64,000 nt of DNA. Source: an uncultured Gemmatimonadales bacterium. GTDB taxonomy: Bacteria > Gemmatimonadota > Gemmatimonadetes > Gemmatimonadales > Gemmatimonadaceae. The first letter of the stretch is position 1, and every line of letters begins with the position of its first letter. The translations under genes and the position numbers were made by a program. The notes under the pieces were generated by a model. It searched no databases. It was not told the DNA's origin and saw only the letters and a list, made by a program, of their open reading frames with translations. The DNA lies in contig CAWKNZ010000005.1 of NCBI GenBank assembly GCA_963851265.1, positions 128,001-192,000 on the forward strand. The letters run 5' to 3'. Positions 33,283 to 42,425 of this stretch are shown piece after piece.

Positions 33283-34448
33283 GCGGGACGGTCGGGGTCG
33301 ACGCCGCGCGCCACGCGCGACAGATCGCGCTCCCGCACGTTGGGGCCGCGGGACAGGCGCGCCTGCGCCGTGCCCGCGTGCTGCTCGTCGGCGCGGGGGG
33401 GCTCGGCTCGCCCGCCGCACTCTACCTCGCCGCGGCCGGCGTGGGGCACCTCGGGATCGTCGACCCCGACCGGGTCGCGCTGCACAACCTGCAGCGGCAG
33501 CTCCTGCACGGCACGGCGGACGTGGGGCGCCTGAAGGTGGAGAGTGCGCGCGACCGGCTGCGCGCGCTCGACCCCGGGGTCGAGGTCGCGGCCCATGCGT
33601 TGCGCCTGACCGCGGCCAACGCACTCGACCTCGTGCGCGGGTACGACGTCGTGGTCGACGGCTCGGACAACCTGCGCACCCGCTACCTCACGAGCGACGC
33701 GTGCGTGCGGCTCGGGGTGCCTAACGTGTACGGCGCCGTGTTCCGGTTCGAGGGGCAGGCCACCGTGCTGGCCGCGTCCGGCGGCACCGACGGGCCGGGG
33801 CCGTGTTACCGGTGCCTCTTCCCCGTCCCACCGCCGCCCGGCACCACGCCTTCGTGCGAGGCGAGCGGGGTGCTCGGCGTGCTTCCGGGGCTCGTCGGGA
33901 CGATCCAGGCGGCCGAAACGCTGAAGCTGCTGCTCGGCGTCGGGGAGCCGCTCGTTGGGCGGCTGCTCATGGTCGACGGGCTGCGCATGGACTTCCGCAC
34001 GATGCGCGTGCGGCGCGACCCGGCGTGCCCGGCGTGCGGGGCGGGCGCGCGCCGCGATGGCCCGCTCGCCGACGAGTCGGTCGAGGACCCGTGCGGCGAC
34101 CCGCAGGGCGAGACGGCGGACGCCGACGAGGTGACGCCCCGGGAGCTCGCGGCGCGGCTGGCGGCCGGCGAGGACATCCAACTCGTCGACGTGCGCGAAC
34201 CGTGGGAGTACGCGCTCGCGCGGCTGCCGGGGGCACGGCTCACTCCGTTACGCACGCTCGGTGCGGCGGCGGCCGACCCGGCGGCGTTCGACCGCGGGCG
34301 CGCGGCCGTGGTCTACTGTCACCACGGCGCGCGCGGGCGCCGCGCGCTCGACGCGCTCCGGGCCGCGGGCGTGGGGCGCGTCGCCAACCTCGCCGGCGGC
34401 ATCGACCGGTGGAGTGCGGAGGTCGACCCGGCGCTGCCGCGCTACTGA
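33279..34448 (+). CDS. moeB: MoeB/MoeZ adenylyltransferase with rhodanese domain
   Basis: GAGGLGS, NLQRQ, CYRC, CPAC, rhodanese YCHHGARG..LAGGI. Confidence 0.93.
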   Translation: MSGTVGVDAARHARQIALPHVGAAGQARLRRARVLLVGAGGLGSPAALYLAAAGVGHLGIVDPDRVALHNLQRQLLHGTADVGRLKVESARDRLRALDPGVEVAAHALRLTAANALDLVRGYDVVVDGSDNLRTRYLTSDACVRLGVPNVYGAVFRFEGQATVLAASGGTDGPGPCYRCLFPVPPPPGTTPSCEASGVLGVLPGLVGTIQAAETLKLLLGVGEPLVGRLLMVDGLRMDFRTMRVRRDPACPACGAGARRDGPLADESVEDPCGDPQGETADADEVTPRELAARLAAGEDIQLVDVREPWEYALARLPGARLTPLRTLGAAAADPAAFDRGRAAVVYCHHGARGRRALDALRAAGVGRVANLAGGIDRWSAEVDPALPRY

Positions 34449-34538
34449 GCCCGCAGACGACGGCCTCGACCTGGGGCGCCGCCGACGCGGCCCGACCCGC
34501 GCGCCGCCCGCGACGGGCGGGCGACGGGCAGGCGGAGG

Positions 34539-35063
34539 TCAGCCGCCGTCCGCCGCGCCCTCCCGGCGCCAGTGCCCGCTCCGCCCGCCCGACTTCTCGA
34601 GCAGGCGCACATCGGTGATCGTCATCGCGCGGTCGGCCGCCTTGACCATGTCGTACACGGTGACGAGCGCGACCGTCGCGGCGACGATCGCCTCCATCTC
34701 GACGCCGGTGCCGGCGACCGTGCGGGCCGTCGTCTCGACGCGGACGCCCGGAAGCGCGTCGTCGAGCGCGAGGTCCACCTGCAGGTCGCTGAGTGGTACG
34801 GGGTGGCAGAGTGGGACGAGGTCCGCGGTGCGCTTGGCCGCCATCACCCCCGCCACGCGCGCCACGCCGAGCACGTCGCCCTTCGCGATCGCGTTGTCGC
34901 GGACGAGGGCGAACGCCGCGTGGCTCATCACGATCGCGCCCGCGGCGCGCGCGACGCGCGTGGTCGCCGGCTTGGCCGACACGTCGACCATCCGCGCCGC
35001 GCCGTCCTCGCCGACGTGCGAGAGGGTGGGCGCCGTCGCGTCTGGCCCGTCGCCCGCGCTCAC
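34539..35063 (-). CDS. moaC: Cyclic pyranopterin monophosphate synthase
   Basis: LSHV..ARMVDVSAK, KGDVL, LVPLCHP, TGVEMEA, YDMVKA, KSGG. Confidence 0.95.
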   Translation of the reverse strand: MSAGDGPDATAPTLSHVGEDGAARMVDVSAKPATTRVARAAGAIVMSHAAFALVRDNAIAKGDVLGVARVAGVMAAKRTADLVPLCHPVPLSDLQVDLALDDALPGVRVETTARTVAGTGVEMEAIVAATVALVTVYDMVKAADRAMTITDVRLLEKSGGRSGHWRREGAADGG

Positions 35064-35510
35064 GTGCCGCCGCGGCACGCGTGGCGCTGGTCCGACCGGC
35101 GGTCGCCGGTGCGGGCGGGGGGCGGGACGACGCCGGCGAGACGTGTGGTGTTCGTGTAGCCGAGTTTCATGGGCGAGCCGTGGCGGAGTCGACGAGCGTC
35201 TACGGGAGCGTCGCGCTCTCGACGTCCCGACCAACACTCGTTGTACTCGCGCCCCGCGCGCAAGTCGGCGGGGGCGGGTGGGCGCACTGGCGGCCACGAC
35301 CCCGGTGACGTACGCTGGCACCGGGTCGGTGCCGCACGTGCCCGGAATCCACCCGCGCCGCCTCACGCTCGCTCCCATGCGCCTCCATCCTGCCTCCGTG
35401 CGCCCGGTCGCGCTCGCCACCGCCGCGCGCGACCGCGTGCGCCTGCGATTCGTCGCCCCGCGCGACACGACGCGGGTGCACCGCGCGGCCTTCGCTCACG
35501 TCTGACGCGG

Positions 35511-35978
35511 ATGCGCGTGCTCGTGCAGCGGGTGTCGCGCGCGGCCGTGCGCGTGCGCGACACGAGCGGAGCGGCGCGAACCACGGGCGAGATCGGCCCC
35601 GGGCTCGTGCTTCTCGTCGGCGTCACGCACGCGGACGGCGAGGCCGAGGTGGAGTGGGTGGCCGACAAGGTGCTCGGCCTGCGCGTGTTCCCGGACGACG
35701 AGGGCAAGATGAACCGCGCGCTCGGCGACGTCGCCGGCGGTGCGCTGCTCGTCGTCTCGCAGTTCACGCTCTACGGCGACGCGGCGCGTGGGCGGCGGCC
35801 GAGCTACGTCGCGGCCGCGCGGCCCGAGGTGGCCGAGCCGCTGTACGACGCATTCGTCGCGCATCTGCGCGCGCGCGGTGCCACGGTACACACGGGAGAA
35901 TTCGGGGCGATGATGGACGTGGAGTTGGTGAACGACGGGCCGGTCACCCTCTGGCTCGAGCGCGAGGCGCAGGCGTGA
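35511..35978 (+). CDS. dtd: D-aminoacyl-tRNA deacylase
   Basis: [26 protein letters not shown]. Confidence 0.96.
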   Translation: MRVLVQRVSRAAVRVRDTSGAARTTGEIGPGLVLLVGVTHADGEAEVEWVADKVLGLRVFPDDEGKMNRALGDVAGGALLVVSQFTLYGDAARGRRPSYVAAARPEVAEPLYDAFVAHLRARGATVHTGEFGAMMDVELVNDGPVTLWLEREAQA

Positions 35979-36643
35979 GCGGCCGACATGAGAGGGCAGT
36001 GCGCGAGGGCGTGGCCGGGGGCGTCCCGGAAGCCGTCCCCGTGGTGCTCGCGTCGCAGTCTCCGCGTCGGCGCGACCTCTTGACGCTGGTCGGCATCGCG
36101 CACGTCGTGCGCCCGGCCGACGTCGACGAGTCGGTGCGCCCGGGCGAGGCGCCCGACGCGTACGTGGAGCGCCTCGCGCGTGAGAAGGCGCAGGCCGTGG
36201 CGGCGGTGGTCGGTCCGGAGTCGGTCGTGGTCGCCGCCGACACGACGGTGGTGGTCGACGGCCAGATCCTCGGCAAGCCCGGGGACGCGGCCGAGGCGCG
36301 GGCGATGGTCGCGCGGCTGGCGGGTCGCACGCACGAGGTGTTCACCGGGATGGCGGTGCGCCGCGGCTCGCCGGCCCGGGAGGCCGCCGGAGTCGAGCGC
36401 GTGCGCGTCACCTTCCGCGCGTTAGGCGATGGCGAGGTCGCCGCGTACGTGGCGACCGGCGAGCCGATGGACAAGGCCGGCGCGTACGGCATCCAGGGGT
36501 ACGGCGCGACGATCGTCGAGCGAATCGAGGGCGACTACTTCGCGGTGATGGGGCTGTCGCTCGTGCGCCTCGTCGCGCTGCTCGCCGAGGTGGGGGTCGC
36601 GTACGCGTTCGGCGGCGCGCTGCGCCCGTCAGACGCCGGCTGA
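35975..36643 (+). CDS. maf: Maf-family nucleoside triphosphate pyrophosphatase
   Basis: [31 protein letters not shown]. Confidence 0.95.
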   Translation: MSGRHERAVREGVAGGVPEAVPVVLASQSPRRRDLLTLVGIAHVVRPADVDESVRPGEAPDAYVERLAREKAQAVAAVVGPESVVVAADTTVVVDGQILGKPGDAAEARAMVARLAGRTHEVFTGMAVRRGSPAREAAGVERVRVTFRALGDGEVAAYVATGEPMDKAGAYGIQGYGATIVERIEGDYFAVMGLSLVRLVALLAEVGVAYAFGGALRPSDAG

Positions 36644-36704
36644 GGGGCGGGGCCCGCATCGTGCAGCGGCGGCGCGCACCGCGTTCCCCATCAAGTGCTC
36701 CGCC

Positions 36705-36869
36705 ATGAGCGACCCGCTCCGCCTCCCGCACGCCGCCAAGCACGCGGCGAAGACCGCGGCCAAGCGCGTCGCGGGCGGGCGCGAGCCGCGCCGCCTCGCG
36801 GAACCGGAGGGCCGGCGCGGGCTGTCCGCGGGGCCGGGCGGGCCCCGCGCGCTGCCGCCGGGGCGTTAG
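36705..36869 (+). CDS. Possible small basic protein (54 aa)
   Basis: ATG 36705 to TAG 36869, MSDPLRLPHAAKHAAKTAAKRV...; GC3-rich codons; fills the maf-GT9 gap. Confidence 0.3.
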   Translation: MSDPLRLPHAAKHAAKTAAKRVAGGREPRRLAEPEGRRGLSAGPGGPRALPPGR

Positions 36870-37963
36870 GCGTCGCCGGCGGGCGCCCTACGCCCCGCGT
36901 AGCGCGCCCGCCAGCGCTCCACGCGCGTCAGCACGTCCGCGACGGTGATCCGCCCCATCCGCCCCGGCCGGTTCTCCATCGTCGGCGCGTAGTCCTCGCC
37001 GGGGTCGCCGTACGCGTCGACCATGAGGTCGTGGAAGCGCCGGTACGGCCCCACCCGTTTGGGGTTGGAGTAGGCGATGAGCGACACCACCGGCCGGTCG
37101 AGGGCGACCGACACGTGCAACGGCCCGGTGTCGGGCGAGAGCACGAGCGCGGACCCGTCGAAGATCCCGACGAGCCCGCGCAGTCCGCTGCCTAACGCGG
37201 AGACGACGGGGGCGCGCGCCGCGCCGAGGATCACCCGCTCGGCGGCGAGTTCGCGCGGCGTGCGGCCGCCGACGAGCACCGGCTGCAGCCCGTAGTCGTG
37301 CCAGAGCGCGTCGCACACCGCGGCCCAGCGGTCGGGCGGCCAGTCCTTCTCCGGCTTGCTCGTCGCGACGACCACGGCTGCGACCGGACGCTCGACGCGC
37401 GCGAAGAACTCGGCCTGCGCGGCGCGCTCGTCGGCGCGCGGACCGAGGTCCCACACCGGCGGCTCGGCGTGAGGCACGCCGAGCGCGTCGAGGAACTCGA
37501 AGTACTGGTCCTGCACGTGCTGGACGGGGTGCGCCGGGACGCGTGCGTTGGTGAACGCCCAGTTGAAGTCGCGCGCCCGCGCGCGGTCGAAGCCGAGCCG
37601 CACGCGCGCCGGCGTGAGCGCGGTGATCACGCCCGCCTTGAGGTACACCTGCAGGTCGAGGCAGCAGTCGAACGGGCCGCGCGCCGCGAGTGCGCGACGC
37701 ACGCTGCGGTAGGCGCCGAGCCCGGCCCCGCGCTCGAACAGGACGATGTCGTCCACCGCCGGGTGCCCCCGCACGAGCGACGCGGGCCCGGGCTGCAGCA
37801 CCCACGTCACGCGCGGCGGCTCCGGCAGCCGTCGGAGCGCCGTGAGCAGCGGAAGCACGTGCACCGCGTCGCCCACGGCGCTCATCATCACCACGCACAC
37901 CGAGCGGAGCGGCACGCCCGCGTACGGCGCGCGCGGGTCGCGCGCGGACGGCTCCCTCCTCAC
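36866..37963 (-). CDS. GT9-family LPS heptosyltransferase
   Basis: SAVGDAVH, DLQVYLK, KDWP, SPDTGPLH. Confidence 0.9.
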   Translation of the reverse strand: MRREPSARDPRAPYAGVPLRSVCVVMMSAVGDAVHVLPLLTALRRLPEPPRVTWVLQPGPASLVRGHPAVDDIVLFERGAGLGAYRSVRRALAARGPFDCCLDLQVYLKAGVITALTPARVRLGFDRARARDFNWAFTNARVPAHPVQHVQDQYFEFLDALGVPHAEPPVWDLGPRADERAAQAEFFARVERPVAAVVVATSKPEKDWPPDRWAAVCDALWHDYGLQPVLVGGRTPRELAAERVILGAARAPVVSALGSGLRGLVGIFDGSALVLSPDTGPLHVSVALDRPVVSLIAYSNPKRVGPYRRFHDLMVDAYGDPGEDYAPTMENRPGRMGRITVADVLTRVERWRARYAGRRAPAGDA

Positions 37964-37964
37964 G

Positions 37965-38885
37965 TCACGCGCGCACCGGGGCGACGCCAGGGAGCCGCGC
38001 CGCGCCGAGGTCGGCGCGGGCGATCTCCGCGCGCGCGCGCTCGCCGAGGGCGTCGAGCGCGGCCTCGACGCGCGCGCGGGCGACCGCGCCCGGCACGTCG
38101 CCCCGGGTGTTGGCGGCAGCCCACTTCCGCGCCGACCGCGCGAGGCGCGCGAGGTTGGCCGCGAGCGTCGCGGCCGCGGCTGCGGGAGCCACGTCCGCCG
38201 CGAGCACGCGCGCCACGTCGACGTCGAGCACCCATGCGCGCGCGGCGTCGTCCACGTGCGACTCGTCCGCGGGGGCGAGGAGCACGTTCTTCACGTTCAG
38301 GTCCGGGTGCCGCGCGCCTGCCCGCGCCAGCGCGGCGAGCAGCGCCGCCGTCGGCCCGACCCACGCCGCGTGCGCGCCGGCGCCGGCCGCGTCGGGCGTG
38401 GCGTCCGCCTCGGCGCGCGCGAGCACCGCCGCGAGGTCGACGCCGTCGGGCACGAGGGCGGTCGCGACGTCGACGCGCCGCAGCCCCGCCCGAGCCGGGT
38501 AGACCGCGTACGCGACCACCGCCGGCGTCAGGACGCCCGCGGCGCGCAGCCGCTCGCTCGTCGCAAGCTCGACCGGTGCGCGAGTCGGGGGAAAGAAGAG
38601 GTCGCGTCGCACGCGCCGCAGCGCGCCTCCGCGCCAGCCGTGGCGCACGACGACGCGCCGCTCGCCGCCGAGCGCGTCCGCGCCGAACGGCACCGCGTAC
38701 GCGGCGCCGCGCCCGCGCAGCTCGCGGCGGTCGGGGTGCGACGCCGCGTACGCGTAGAGCGTCCCACATCGCGCGAGTAGCGCGCGCACGACGTCGGCCA
38801 CGTCGCCCCGGCACACGACCGTCGTGGTCCCCGCCGGCGCCGGATCGAGCGCGAGGTACCCCGCCGGGACGACCGTGGCGGTCAC
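37965..38885 (-). CDS. Kdo/WaaP-family lipopolysaccharide kinase
   Basis: GRGAAY, VRHGWRGG, HPDLNVKNVLL, WVLDVD; adjacent to GT9. Confidence 0.8.
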   Translation of the reverse strand: MTATVVPAGYLALDPAPAGTTTVVCRGDVADVVRALLARCGTLYAYAASHPDRRELRGRGAAYAVPFGADALGGERRVVVRHGWRGGALRRVRRDLFFPPTRAPVELATSERLRAAGVLTPAVVAYAVYPARAGLRRVDVATALVPDGVDLAAVLARAEADATPDAAGAGAHAAWVGPTAALLAALARAGARHPDLNVKNVLLAPADESHVDDAARAWVLDVDVARVLAADVAPAAAAATLAANLARLARSARKWAAANTRGDVPGAVARARVEAALDALGERARAEIARADLGAARLPGVAPVRA

Positions 38886-38940
38886 GCGCGGATCACGCGC
38901 TGGTCGCGCGCATCACGCCCGCGCGAGGTCGCACGCGAGA

Positions 38941-40722
38941 TCACGCGCCAGCCGCGCCCGTGGCGTGCTCGCCGGTGACGCCGAGCGCGGCGCGCTCGAC
39001 GTCTGCCGCGGTGGCGCGCGCGGCGAGCGCGTCGAGGTCCAGGCGATAGGCGGGTGCGGCGTTGCCGTCGCCCTGGTCGGCCCCGTCCAGTACCGAGCAC
39101 AGGGGCACCGGCTCGCCAGCGAGATTGCCGCGGAGCGCGCGGCGGAGGGCGTCGCTGAGGAGGATCTCGTCCGGGCCCGCCGTGTCGCACAGTCGACTGG
39201 CCTGGTTTACCGCGGCGCCGATGACGGTGAACTCGAGGCGGCGCTCCGAGCCGATGTTCCCGGCGAACACCTCGCCGTAGGCGAGGCCGATTCCCATGCG
39301 AAGCGGCGGGCGCCCGCGCAGGATGACCCGGTCGCGGTTGAGCGCGCCGAGCGCCTCGTGCATCGCGACGGCGGCGCGCAGCGCGCGGTCGGCGTCGTCG
39401 GGGCTGGATTCCGGGGCGCCCCACTGCGCCATCACGCAGTCGCCGATGAACTTGTCGAGCGTGCCGCCGTGCCGGAACACGCATTCGACCATCGCCGAGA
39501 GGAACTCCGAAAGCGTGGCCGCCACGTCGTCGGGCGTCATCGTCGCGGCGAGGCGCGTGAAGCCGCGGAGGTCGGCGAACAGCACGGCCACGGTTCGCCG
39601 CTCGCCGCCGGGGAGCGCGGGGGCGTCGCTCGCCGCGATCCGCGCGGCCACGGGGGGCGCGAAGTAGCGGGCGAAGTTCTCGCGCGACACGGCCTCGCGC
39701 CGCACGCGCTCGGCGAGGCGCGCGTTCTCGAGCGCGGCCGCGGCCACCCCAGCGAACGCGGTGAGGAAGTCGAGGTCCGCCTCCGCGAACGCGCGCACCG
39801 GGTCGGCGCTGTCGACGTAGAGGGCGCCTAACGGCACGCCGTCCGCGGCGAGCAGCGGCGCGCACATCGCCGACCGCACCCGCTGCCGCAGCACGCTCTG
39901 GCCGCCGAAGCGCGGGTCGGCCGCCGCGTCCACCGAGAGCAGCGCGGCGCGTCTGCCGAGCGCGGCGCGCGCGATCGAGCGGGGCAGGGGGACCGCGCCC
40001 GAGGCCGTGAGGTCCGCGCCCCACCGGTCGCGCGCGACGGCGGGCACGAGGGCGACGTCCGCGGCGCCGTAGTCCGGGTCCGGACCGCGCGGCCCGGTCG
40101 CGTTCGGCTCGTCGGCGTAGCTCACGGCGCGGAACACCGCGGCGCGGTCGGCGTCGAGCGTGCGGAGCGCGGCCGTCACGACGCGCTCGTGCACCGCCGC
40201 GGGGTCGATCGCACCGCCGAGCGCCTTCGCGGCCTCCAGCAGGAGCGCGAGCCGGCGGGCCGTGAGCTCGTGGGGCGCTTCGGCCCCGCGTTCCGCGACG
40301 ATCGGCGGCTCCACGCCCGCCTCGGGCGCCGCCGCCGACGGGAGCGGCGCGGCCACCGTCCCGGCCGCTCCCGCGCCGCCCACCCCCGCGGCGCCCACCC
40401 CGGCGCCGCCCGTGCCGCCGTAGACCGCGAACTCCGACGTCTCACGCTCCACGCGGAGCGCGACCACGCCGAACGTCACCGTGTCGCCCGCGCGCAGCCG
40501 CGCCGTCTGCACGCGGATGCCGTTGCGGTACGTCCCGTTGCGCGAGCCGAGGTCGTGCACGACGAGGTGGTCGCGCGCGCCGATCAACTCCGCGTGGCGG
40601 CGCGACACCGTGGGGTCGTCGAGCGGCAACGCGCACTCCGCCGCGCGCCCGACGACGAGCGCGCCGCCTTCGGCGAGCGCGGTGATCCGCACGCCCGCGG
40701 TGTCGGCGAGGAAGAACGGCAT
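38941..40722 (-). CDS. FHA-GAF-class III adenylate cyclase
   Basis: FHA (VGR, VSRRHA, SRNGT), GAF (RSAMCAPL, GALYVD), cyclase (FADLRGFT, DKFIGD, FTVIG..VNQASRL). Confidence 0.92.
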   Translation of the reverse strand: MPFFLADTAGVRITALAEGGALVVGRAAECALPLDDPTVSRRHAELIGARDHLVVHDLGSRNGTYRNGIRVQTARLRAGDTVTFGVVALRVERETSEFAVYGGTGGAGVGAAGVGGAGAAGTVAAPLPSAAAPEAGVEPPIVAERGAEAPHELTARRLALLLEAAKALGGAIDPAAVHERVVTAALRTLDADRAAVFRAVSYADEPNATGPRGPDPDYGAADVALVPAVARDRWGADLTASGAVPLPRSIARAALGRRAALLSVDAAADPRFGGQSVLRQRVRSAMCAPLLAADGVPLGALYVDSADPVRAFAEADLDFLTAFAGVAAAALENARLAERVRREAVSRENFARYFAPPVAARIAASDAPALPGGERRTVAVLFADLRGFTRLAATMTPDDVAATLSEFLSAMVECVFRHGGTLDKFIGDCVMAQWGAPESSPDDADRALRAAVAMHEALGALNRDRVILRGRPPLRMGIGLAYGEVFAGNIGSERRLEFTVIGAAVNQASRLCDTAGPDEILLSDALRRALRGNLAGEPVPLCSVLDGADQGDGNAAPAYRLDLDALAARATAADVERAALGVTGEHATGAAGA

Positions 40723-40731
40723 CGTGAGAAG

Positions 40732-42276
40732 TTACCCCGGACCGCCGGCCGGGGGGACGACCGCGCGGCGCACCCGCCCGATCGCCGTCAACATCGCGCG
40801 CGCCTTGTTCTCGGTCTCGTCCCACTCCCGCGCGGGGTCGGAGTCGTAGACGATCCCCGCACCGGTCTGCACGCTCGCCTCGCCCCCCGCGATCACGCAG
40901 GTGCGGATGGTGATCGCGAGGTCCATCCGCCGGTCGCCCGCGGCCACGTACCCCACGGCGCCCGCGTACGGCCCGCGCCGTTCCGGCTCCAGCTCGTCGA
41001 TGATCTGCATCGCGCGCACCTTCGGCGCCCCGGTCATCGTCCCCGCCGGGAACGTCGCGCGGAACACCCCGAGCGCCGACGCGTCGTCCGGCAGCCGCCC
41101 CTCGATCTGCGACACGATGTGCAGCACGTGCGAATACTTCTCGACCTGCATCAAACTCGTCACCGCCACGCTCCCGTACTCCGACACGCGCCCCACGTCG
41201 TTGCGCCCGAGGTCGACCAGCATCACGTGCTCCGCGCGCTCCTTCTCGTCGGCGAGCAGGTCGGCCGTGAGGTGCGCGTCCTCCTCGGGCGTGCGCCCGC
41301 GCGGCCGCGTGCCGGCGATCGGCCGCACCGTCACGCGCGGCCCGTCGGCGGCGGGCCCCACGCGCACGAGCAGCTCGGGCGAGCACCCGACGAGTTCCAC
41401 CCCGTCGAGCGTGAGGTGCAGCATGTACGGCGACGGGTTGAGCACGCGCAGAGCGCGGTAGAGGGCCGCGCCGTCGAAGTCGTGCGGCACGCGGATGCGC
41501 CGCGCGAGCAGCGCCTGAAAGCAGTCGCCCGCGCGCACGTATTCCTTGATGCGGTCGACGTTGGCCTCGAACCGCTCGCGCGTGATCGTCGACGTCCCGG
41601 CCGCGGGCGGCGCGTCGGGATCGAAGTCGAGCGGCGGCAGCGCGGCCGGCGCGCGCAGCCGCGCGACGGCCGCGTCCAGCCGGCCCACCGCGTCGGCGTG
41701 CAGCGCGCGCAGCGCCTCGTCGTCGGCCGCGTCCCGGGCCGCGACCGGCACGCCCGTCACCACCCGCGCCTGCGCGCGCAGGTTATCGATGACCACGAGC
41801 ACGTCGGTGAAGATCCAGAGCGCGTCGGGCGCCCGCACGCCGCGCGGGGGCGCGTGGGGCAGCCGCTCGATGTGGCGCACGACGTCGTACGCGAAATAGC
41901 CCACCCCGCCGCTCCAGAACGGCCCGAGTTCGGGCAGGTCCACCGGACGGAATGCCGTCAGCCGCGCCTGCAGGTCTGCGAGCGGGTCGTCCGGCGTGTG
42001 CCCGTCGGTCCACCCGCCGTCCGGCGTCCACGTCTCGACGACGCCGTCGCTGAGCCGCCACGCGCCCCGCGGCTCGGAGCCCATGTACGTGTACCGCGCC
42101 CACGTCTCGCCCCCGGCCGGCGCGCTCTCGAGCAGGAAGGCGAACGGGCCGCGGCGCAGCTTGGCGAAGGCGCTCACGGGCGTGTCGCCGTCGAGCAGGA
42201 TGTCGCGCCACACCGGGACGAGCGCGTCGGGGGCGGCGAGGGAGCGAAAGTTCTCGAAGGACACGGGCGCGTGCAC
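40732..42276 (-). CDS. trpE: Anthranilate synthase component I
   Basis: FLLES, NPSPYM, SPELL, PIAGTR, KERAEHVMLVDLGRND, GAPKVRAM. Confidence 0.93.
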   Translation of the reverse strand: MHAPVSFENFRSLAAPDALVPVWRDILLDGDTPVSAFAKLRRGPFAFLLESAPAGGETWARYTYMGSEPRGAWRLSDGVVETWTPDGGWTDGHTPDDPLADLQARLTAFRPVDLPELGPFWSGGVGYFAYDVVRHIERLPHAPPRGVRAPDALWIFTDVLVVIDNLRAQARVVTGVPVAARDAADDEALRALHADAVGRLDAAVARLRAPAALPPLDFDPDAPPAAGTSTITRERFEANVDRIKEYVRAGDCFQALLARRIRVPHDFDGAALYRALRVLNPSPYMLHLTLDGVELVGCSPELLVRVGPAADGPRVTVRPIAGTRPRGRTPEEDAHLTADLLADEKERAEHVMLVDLGRNDVGRVSEYGSVAVTSLMQVEKYSHVLHIVSQIEGRLPDDASALGVFRATFPAGTMTGAPKVRAMQIIDELEPERRGPYAGAVGYVAAGDRRMDLAITIRTCVIAGGEASVQTGAGIVYDSDPAREWDETENKARAMLTAIGRVRRAVVPPAGGPG

Positions 42277-42425
42277 GGACGTGACCGGCCGGGATGAGAG
42301 GGGACCGGGATCAAACCGGAGATGAAGCGGCCGGAATGCGATTGCCGCGGATACTACCTCAGCGGCGCGGCGCCTGCGGCGCGGCGCCTGCGGCGCTCGC
42401 CCGGGGACCCCCGCTAAACTGCGGG

